From an uncultured archaeon (GTDB lineage Archaea; Micrarchaeota; Micrarchaeia; Micrarchaeales; CABMGC01), in assembly GCA_963704435.1 (NCBI GenBank), contig OY969902.1, positions 540,001-572,000 on the forward strand: a stretch of DNA of 32,000 bases, in the 5' to 3' direction. Every line of letters begins with the position of its first letter. Within the stretch, counting starts at the first letter, position 1. Both the position numbers and the translations under genes were made by a program. Of this stretch, positions 8,911-15,492 are shown piece after piece. The notes below the pieces were generated by a model. That model searched no databases. It had not been told where the DNA came from and was given only the letters and a program-made list of their open reading frames with translations.

Positions 8911-10458
8911 GTGGAGAAGAGGACCAAAGAAGAGCTAAGGGACAAGCATTGGTCAGAGCAACTAGTGGACGAGCTTCTCGAGAGGAAGAAACCGCCTTTC
9001 GTGATAACAGGGGGCATGACCACGAGCGGGCCCGCGCACCTCGGGACCGTGGGGGAATTCCTTTATCCGTCCATAATCAAGCAGGGTCTGGAGAACAAAG
9101 GCCACAGGACAGAGTTCTATTTTATCGGGGACATATTCGACGCGTTTGATGGCATACCTGCAGTACTCAAACAGTATGAGAAGGAGCTGACGCCGGAGCT
9201 AGGGAAACCGCTATCTTCCGTGATTGACCCGATGGGCTGCCACGCCTCCTATGGGGAGCATTACCTGTCTGAAGCAATCGATATAATGGAAAAGATGGGC
9301 CTTGACATAAATGTCAAAAAAGCGAACGAGCTTTACGCAGAGGGAGTTTTCGACATCTATGCGAGACTGTTTTTTAAGAACGAGGACAAGGTAAAAGAAG
9401 TGGTGGCAAGGACTTCCCTGAGGAAGATGGAGGACTTCAAGGATTGGAGCCCGATAATGCCGATCTGCGAGGACTGCGGAAAGATAGCAACCACCAAAGT
9501 CACGCGGCATAATGACGATGAATATGAGTATGCGTGCGACAAGGATGTCGAGTACACGAAAGGCTGCGGGTACAAAGGCAAGGCGAGCATACGCGACCAC
9601 AGGTATAAACTGCAATGGAGGCTGCACTGGCCGTCGTGGCAGGCGTATTTCAACTCGAGCATCGAGGGCAGCGGAGTCGACCACATGACGCGCGGGGGCA
9701 GCGCGGATACTGCGAGAGCGGTCCATAAGGAGATCCTTGAGCGTGAGCCTCCTATGCTTTTCAAATACGGTTTCATGCTGTTCCATGGGAAGAAGTACTC
9801 CAAGTCGAAGGGAATCGGGATGGGCGCGAAGGAGCTGATGGGGCTGATGCCCCCTGAGGTGCTGAAATACCTCCTGATTGCGCCTAACCTAGAGCAGAAC
9901 AAGGACATAGACCCTACCGGGGACAAGCTGATCATCGTGTACGACGAGCTTGAAAGGCTCAGCAGGCTGGAGAAAGCCGAGACCAGGCCTGACGAGAAGA
10001 AGCTCACCGCCTTCAGGCTTGCCGTAGGCAAGCTGAACTGGAAGGCCTCGTTCACGGACGTCTTGCTGAACTATCAGATATACCGCGATTGGGAAAGGGT
10101 CGGCAGAATGCTCGGCGATGAGAAGGGCGTCGCGTACCTTGAGCCATACATAACCGAATGGCTGAAGAAGGAGTACGAGCCCGAGAGGTACAATTTCTCG
10201 ATCAAGCCCCAGAAGATAAAGGATCTGAGAGACGTCGTCATGGGGTTCTCCAACTCCCTGAATCCGAAGATGGGCGATGTGGAAATCCACAACCTCGTTT
10301 ACGCGGTCGCTAAGGAGAGGGGGGTCCAGGCGGACCTGCTGTTCAAGGCAGTCTACGAAGCGATCATAGGGAAGGACAAGGGACCCAGGCTGGGAAAGCT
10401 GCTGGCTTCGATAGGCGTGGACAAGGTAAAGGAGATGCTCGCCTTTGCCACAGGCTGA
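8911..10458 (+). CDS. lysS: Lysyl-tRNA synthetase, class I
   Basis: Class I signatures 'GPAHLGT' (HIGH-like) and 'KYSKSKG' (KMSKS-like), Cys-rich insertion; GTG start. Confidence 0.92.
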   Translation: MEKRTKEELRDKHWSEQLVDELLERKKPPFVITGGMTTSGPAHLGTVGEFLYPSIIKQGLENKGHRTEFYFIGDIFDAFDGIPAVLKQYEKELTPELGKPLSSVIDPMGCHASYGEHYLSEAIDIMEKMGLDINVKKANELYAEGVFDIYARLFFKNEDKVKEVVARTSLRKMEDFKDWSPIMPICEDCGKIATTKVTRHNDDEYEYACDKDVEYTKGCGYKGKASIRDHRYKLQWRLHWPSWQAYFNSSIEGSGVDHMTRGGSADTARAVHKEILEREPPMLFKYGFMLFHGKKYSKSKGIGMGAKELMGLMPPEVLKYLLIAPNLEQNKDIDPTGDKLIIVYDELERLSRLEKAETRPDEKKLTAFRLAVGKLNWKASFTDVLLNYQIYRDWERVGRMLGDEKGVAYLEPYITEWLKKEYEPERYNFSIKPQKIKDLRDVVMGFSNSLNPKMGDVEIHNLVYAVAKERGVQADLLFKAVYEAIIGKDKGPRLGKLLASIGVDKVKEMLAFATG

Positions 10459-10596
10459 CCCCCCAACGCCAGATTGCACATCCGCTTGTCACAGATAGCG
10501 AAAAACGTATTTATACCCTGAAACGCAAACGGAATTGGGGGTTGCATTCCGACTGCGATAGTATTAGGGAAAACGGGCGCCGTTAGCGCAACTGCC

Positions 10597-12183
10597 ATGG
10601 AGCGCATAAAGACGGAGCTTGCTGAGCTGACAAACCAACTCGGAAAGCCATTAAATGACGACCGTGGATACGCAAATTGCGAGTCCATTGAAGAGAAAGC
10701 GCGGCATATCCTGTATTCATCCACTCTGAGAGATGGATCTGAGCTAACAAAACTGTCCCTGCTTAGCTGCATAACATCAGGAGACTATTGGCACGCGTGG
10801 GACTCTCTTGGAAAGATGTGGCCCAGACTTGGCGAGGAGGATCGCGATTTCTATCTTAAAGCAACGCTATATCAAGCATATTCGGGGCCGTCGAGTTTTG
10901 GCAATGTCTGGATTCTTGGGAAATACGACAATGCGGAATTGAGCGGAAGCGGGATGCTCAAGGATCGCCTCTCTGAAGGAGAACTTAAGGATGTGGTAAA
11001 CAGGGCCGTCTGGGAGTTCCTTAATGGTCTCTACACATCTCCAGGTTTTAGTATTCCCCGCGATGATTATGCCTTACTCAACAAGTATTTCGGATACGTC
11101 GATTTCTCGAAGACGAAAGAACTCAGATCCGACAAGCCACTCATTGCGCTCTTAAGTGGCTGGCCTGACGACGCTTACAAGAGCGCATTCGAGTCTGCAA
11201 GAGGAAACATCGACTGGGAATCTGAAGTATGGCTGGCGCACCCCATAATTGACCAGATATTCAGAAACGTCGTATACAGAGAAGATTGTGGATTCGAGTG
11301 CAACTTAGGCAGATCCACTATGATTAAGAGGGCGCAAATCAGCCTCGAGAAGTACGGCAATTACATGAATGATCCTCTAGTGCAATCGATGCTGAAGGAG
11401 TGGTTGGGGGAATCGGTTGTATTTGTAAACGCATACGATGATACGGCTGATGATGCGGTGCCGTGCATAGATTTTCTCTTAAAATACATTGACTCTTCAG
11501 AGGAGGATAAGAAGCAGTTGGTGTGCCAGTTCCTACCAAAGGAAAAGGACTTGTACACGTATCTTATCCATTCGAGGTTCCCTAAGCGCCTACTTACAAA
11601 TGACACCTTGCACGAAGTCCAGGATCAGTTGCTCGCCTGGCTCAATACAGAGCACCTTGGCAAGAAAGACCTTCTTGAATTCATCGGTCTGACAAAGAAC
11701 GCGGCGTCAATGGATTTCTTGAATCAAGAAACTGCCCAGACGCTATTGAAATCCGCACTAGATGCCTATGCCAAATTCAAGCCCAGGCCGGCAACGGATT
11801 TGGTGCTCGAAATGCATCGCAACCTCGATGATCTACTCAAGCTCGGCCTCATAGAGCAGCAGGACTATTTTGAAAAGGGTTTGATCTGCGTCTCCGACCT
11901 ACGACTTAGGAAGAAAAATGAGTTGGCGTACGATCTTGAAAGAAAATTGAACACCATTAAATATGGAAAGGGAGAGGGACTGGAGGCAGTAAAGACGCAA
12001 ATACGCGCTGAACATGCATCTGCCGAGAAGCTTCAGGCGAGCGCGAAGACGCGGGAACGCCGTGGACGCCGTAGCCATCACAGGCAGGTCCAGGCCATGC
12101 GCAGGAGATCCCCGTCTCACAAGTCCGGAAATGGCCATGAACAGTCGCATCTCGACGCTTTTGTAAGTACGATTAGAGAGTGA
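10597..12183 (+). CDS. Uncharacterised protein A, paralogous to the downstream ORF, with basic/His-rich C-terminal tail
   Basis: 528-aa ORF; shares '...LKDRLSEGELKDVVNRAVWEFLN...' and 'AHPIIDQIFRNVVYREDCGFEC' blocks with the next ORF. Confidence 0.8.
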   Translation: MERIKTELAELTNQLGKPLNDDRGYANCESIEEKARHILYSSTLRDGSELTKLSLLSCITSGDYWHAWDSLGKMWPRLGEEDRDFYLKATLYQAYSGPSSFGNVWILGKYDNAELSGSGMLKDRLSEGELKDVVNRAVWEFLNGLYTSPGFSIPRDDYALLNKYFGYVDFSKTKELRSDKPLIALLSGWPDDAYKSAFESARGNIDWESEVWLAHPIIDQIFRNVVYREDCGFECNLGRSTMIKRAQISLEKYGNYMNDPLVQSMLKEWLGESVVFVNAYDDTADDAVPCIDFLLKYIDSSEEDKKQLVCQFLPKEKDLYTYLIHSRFPKRLLTNDTLHEVQDQLLAWLNTEHLGKKDLLEFIGLTKNAASMDFLNQETAQTLLKSALDAYAKFKPRPATDLVLEMHRNLDDLLKLGLIEQQDYFEKGLICVSDLRLRKKNELAYDLERKLNTIKYGKGEGLEAVKTQIRAEHASAEKLQASAKTRERRGRRSHHRQVQAMRRRSPSHKSGNGHEQSHLDAFVSTIRE

Positions 12184-13103
12184 TAAATATGACAACTATG
12201 ACTATAGATGTGGTTCCTGCAATCATAAACACAGACCGTATGGAGTTCGTGAATCGCGAGTTTCCTCTCGCAGTGAAAAGTGGTCTAATCCATGGACCGG
12301 CGCCGGAAACGCTATCGCTCAGAGACAAGGCCTCAGGGCTGGAAGTGGTATTGAGGAAGTCTCCAAAGGTAGAGGAATTACTGCTGTACGATTATATTGA
12401 ACGTGGCAGTTTCTGGAATGCGGGCATATCGCTTGAGCGAATCAAGCAAAGGATTGCAAATTGGAAGTATCATCTCTATGCTGAAGTGATAAAGTCACAG
12501 GCGATGCAGAACAAGACGGGTGGTGGCGCGGATACGGGCCACGCGTGGCTGGTGGAAGCTCACAAGAAAGGCTGGCTCAAGGGCCACATTTCTGAAGGCG
12601 AGCTCAAAGAGTGCGTCAATGAGGGTTTCTGGGAGCTCATGAATGAATATTTCTATCCTCCACATGCCCATATAACCGTTTTCTCAAAAGTACCGGACAT
12701 TGACAAATACAATACATTGATGTCGTATTCACAGCACCTTGACCTCTCCAGGGCGAAAGAGTTCAGAGAGAAGTTCGGCCTTATCGAGCCGCTCGAATGG
12801 AGGAAAGGATATGCGGATAATAGTCACACATCAGGAGCGAAGTACGACTGGCCTGATTCCAAGTACAAAGATGCAGTAGCCGTGGCCCTTGGCAATGAGG
12901 CCTGCAATACAGATACTGCGGCCTGGCTCCTGTGCCCTATAATCGAACAAATACTGTACCGCGAAGACAATCAACCGTGCTCTTCGGATGAAGTCGCCGG
13001 AATACGCGAGTTAGAACCATACAAAAAGTACCTGGACGAGCCTGATGTAAAGTCTCTAATTCAGCAAATAATATTGCATTTTAGGGATGAATACGGATAC
13101 TGA
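12180..13103 (+). CDS. Uncharacterised protein B, paralogous to the upstream ORF (GTG start at 12180 or ATG at 12189)
   Basis: 307-aa ORF overlapping the upstream stop; '...LKGHISEGELKECVNEGFWELMN...' and 'LCPIIEQILYREDNQPC'. Confidence 0.8.
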   Translation: MINMTTMTIDVVPAIINTDRMEFVNREFPLAVKSGLIHGPAPETLSLRDKASGLEVVLRKSPKVEELLLYDYIERGSFWNAGISLERIKQRIANWKYHLYAEVIKSQAMQNKTGGGADTGHAWLVEAHKKGWLKGHISEGELKECVNEGFWELMNEYFYPPHAHITVFSKVPDIDKYNTLMSYSQHLDLSRAKEFREKFGLIEPLEWRKGYADNSHTSGAKYDWPDSKYKDAVAVALGNEACNTDTAAWLLCPIIEQILYREDNQPCSSDEVAGIRELEPYKKYLDEPDVKSLIQQIILHFRDEYGY

Positions 13104-13140
13104 GAGCTCCGGGCGGGGCTGGTGTGCAGGCACATACCAC

Positions 13141-13152
13141 GCTTTTAAATAA
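13141..13152 (+). promoter_or_regulatory. Putative TATA box for tRNA-Ser
   Basis: 'gcttttaaataa' about 30 nt upstream of the tRNA 5' end. Confidence 0.45.
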
Positions 13153-13212
13153 TGTTAATCATAGTTATTACTGCGCCAGGGTGGCGGAATCCGGTATCGC
13201 GTACGCCTGGAA

Positions 13213-13224
13213 AACAGTCTCGCA
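13213..13224 (+). other. Predicted 12-nt tRNA intron at position 37/38 (register ambiguous by about 1 nt)
   Basis: 19 nt lie between perfectly pairing anticodon-stem halves; the loop should be 7 nt. Confidence 0.75.
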
Positions 13225-13258
13225 AGCGTATGGCTCTCGCGAGCCTTTTGGGTTCAAA

Positions 13259-13275
13259 AGCAGTTTTGCTGAAAA
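13259..13275 (+). other. Predicted 17-nt tRNA intron in the T-loop (position 59/60)
   Basis: ttggg-ttca-aaa-gca-gttt-tgc-tgaa-aat-cccaa forms a bulge-helix-bulge: 4-bp central helix ttca/tgaa with 3-nt bulges aaa and aat. Confidence 0.85.
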
Positions 13276-13372
13276 TCCCAACCCTGGCGGTTATGCTCCA
13301 CACGATGCTTGCGATTGGTTTTAATCTTTATCAGGCGTATTTAGTATCGCAATTGTTTGCTGGATTGACTAC

Positions 13373-13855
13373 ATGGCGGAGCTAAGCGAGTCCGGACTCA
13401 TAGAGAGGGAGCTGACGCTGAGGAACCTCAGGCTCACGAAGGAAGTGCTAGAGACTCGCAGGTCGATCGTCAGGTGGCTGGCCCTCTCGCTCGGCGTGCT
13501 CAACCCGGGTGAATCCAGGCTCAGCGGCATCGCCGTCCTGGATGCGCTGGTGCACTTCCAGTTCATCGCGAGGACAGACCCAACCGTCAGCGAGCTAATG
13601 GAGTACATCGGTAAGAACTGGGAGGCCATGAATGAGAAGACGCTCAGGTACCACCTGCTCCGCATGAAGAACATGGGCCTCGTGGAGAACTCGCAGGGAA
13701 GGTTCAGGCTCAGCCCACCCAACACGGGCGACAGGTTCGACGCCCAGACCTGGGCGACCGGGCTCTATGAGAAGGACTGCAAGGAGATCGCCGCCAAGAT
13801 AGGCGATGCCATAAAGGAACTGAAAAACAAGAACACGATGGGAGGATCGATATGA
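13373..13855 (+). CDS. Winged-helix/HTH domain protein
   Basis: 'PTVSELMEYIGKNWEAMNEKTLRYHLLRMKNMGLVENSQGRFRLS' looks like a wHTH. Confidence 0.6.
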   Translation: MAELSESGLIERELTLRNLRLTKEVLETRRSIVRWLALSLGVLNPGESRLSGIAVLDALVHFQFIARTDPTVSELMEYIGKNWEAMNEKTLRYHLLRMKNMGLVENSQGRFRLSPPNTGDRFDAQTWATGLYEKDCKEIAAKIGDAIKELKNKNTMGGSI

Positions 13856-15489
13856 AGAGAGAGATTTATCTTTGGATTGCGCTGATAGTTTTCATCGCCG
13901 CGGCCGCGCTCGTATACAAGTACTTCTACCAGGCCCCGATAAGCCTATCGCTCAGCATGAACGGCAGCGGCGCGGTGAGCGCGATCTACCCCTATCAGAA
14001 CGTCGCGCTCCCGATAGTCATACGGAACACGGGAGGAAGCGCGATAATGAACATGAGCATAGGCATAATCATAAACGGGAACCTCACATCGCTCTACAAG
14101 GTGACTCTCCCTGTCGGGAAGCAGACAGTGATACCATACAATTACAGCCCGACGGCGCCGGGAAAATACAACATAACCGCGGTCGCGGACCCGAGCAAGC
14201 TGTATTCCATATCTGACAGGGGGACGACCCTGTCTGGAGCGACCATTTCGGTCATGGCCCCGGACAACGCGACGCCGTATGCGCTCCTGCCTGCAGCAAA
14301 CCTGACTTCGCTGCAGAGCGTAAACCTGCAGCGCGGGGGTTACATCGTAAACGCTTACCTCAACAGCAGTTTCAGCACCGGCGCGTTCGCCATAATAGGG
14401 AACGGGGAGATAAACAGCTTCATAGGTCCCGTACTGAACCTGACTGCGTATTACACGTACAACTCCAGCCTGGCCAACGCAAAGTATGTCAACGGCGACC
14501 GGGCCTATTCGATATGGATAAGGGGGTACGCAAACCCGTCCATAGTGGCTACCGCCGCAAACGCATCGAAGCTGCAGTACAGCAGCATCAGGACGTCTTT
14601 CGGCAACATGACCCTGGTAAAGATATCCAACGGAACCACGCTATGTAGCTGGTATGCGGGAGGATGGCTCAAGATGCTCGCTTACGTGGGGAGCAGGAGC
14701 TGCTACCAGGCCATAAACGCCAGCGCGGCAGGGGCAGTAAATGGCCCTGCGCACAGCGTCCTACCCAGCAGCTCCGCATTGGAGAATGCGAGCCTGCTCG
14801 CCAACTACACAGGGAAGATGGGCAGCGTCACCTATTCCGCGACGCTCTCGATGCTCGGCAGCTCAACCAACTCGTCGTTCGTCTATGTGGAAGTATCGAA
14901 CAACACCGCTGTGGACAACATCTGCGACGGGATCATAACGAACGTAAGCAACAAGCATTACTGCAGCGTCTACCTGTTCCCGCTGTCCGGCAGCGCGGGC
15001 TCAATTTCGCTGATAAAGACCACTTCCTATGCCGGCACCTACAACCTGACGGTGATGTCCCTGGTCAACACCTCCAAGATACTGGCACAGGCGCAGACGA
15101 ACATAAACATAATAAGAGGGTTCAACTTCAGCGGAAGCTCTATAGGATTCATATCCGGCCGGGTAGACACGTGCTCGTTCAACGCATCGTTCCCTTGCGC
15201 CAACGCGACATTCAACAATGGGATGATGACCTTCCGGATTACTGACAACATGAGCAGCGGGGCAAAGCTAAACAGGGTGGCCTGCTACAGCAGTGGAACG
15301 GCCAACCAAACCTACGTCGGGTCTGCGCTGACGGCTGGCGGCACAATGAACGTCACCGTGCCATGCTACAGTTACGGGGCCCTCATATCAGGGATACCCC
15401 TGAATCTCAACCTCAACCTGCTGCTGAACTATACCGTAGCCAACACTATGAAGACACTGGCGGGAAGAGCGTACATTCCGATCGGGTAG
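13852..15489 (+). CDS. Large membrane-anchored surface/extracellular protein, N-glycosylation-sequon rich
   Basis: N-terminal TM helix 'LIVFIAAAALVYKYF'; long Asn/Ser/Thr-rich extracellular sequence. Confidence 0.7.
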   Translation: MKREIYLWIALIVFIAAAALVYKYFYQAPISLSLSMNGSGAVSAIYPYQNVALPIVIRNTGGSAIMNMSIGIIINGNLTSLYKVTLPVGKQTVIPYNYSPTAPGKYNITAVADPSKLYSISDRGTTLSGATISVMAPDNATPYALLPAANLTSLQSVNLQRGGYIVNAYLNSSFSTGAFAIIGNGEINSFIGPVLNLTAYYTYNSSLANAKYVNGDRAYSIWIRGYANPSIVATAANASKLQYSSIRTSFGNMTLVKISNGTTLCSWYAGGWLKMLAYVGSRSCYQAINASAAGAVNGPAHSVLPSSSALENASLLANYTGKMGSVTYSATLSMLGSSTNSSFVYVEVSNNTAVDNICDGIITNVSNKHYCSVYLFPLSGSAGSISLIKTTSYAGTYNLTVMSLVNTSKILAQAQTNINIIRGFNFSGSSIGFISGRVDTCSFNASFPCANATFNNGMMTFRITDNMSSGAKLNRVACYSSGTANQTYVGSALTAGGTMNVTVPCYSYGALISGIPLNLNLNLLLNYTVANTMKTLAGRAYIPIG

Positions 15490-15492
15490 CGC

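Larger units (their letters stand above)
13175..13289 (+). tRNA. tRNA-Ser (GGA) with two introns (12 nt in the anticodon loop, 17 nt in the T-loop)
   Basis: Acceptor gccaggg/ccctggc + G73; D-stem gcg/cgc; anticodon stem tacgc (13202-13206)/gcgta (13226-13230); long variable arm ggctc-tcgc-gagcc; T-stem ttggg/cccaa. Intron removal gives 86 nt with loops ctggaaa and ttcaaat. Confidence 0.88.

Noticed and set aside
9211-10479. Minus-strand ORFs 9211..9786, 9357..10055 and 9889..10479
   Set aside because: Antisense shadows of lysS; compositionally implausible as independent proteins.
13124-13385. ORFs 13124..13324 and 13152..13385
   Set aside because: They run through the intron-containing tRNA-Ser gene and its TATA box; no protein-family features.
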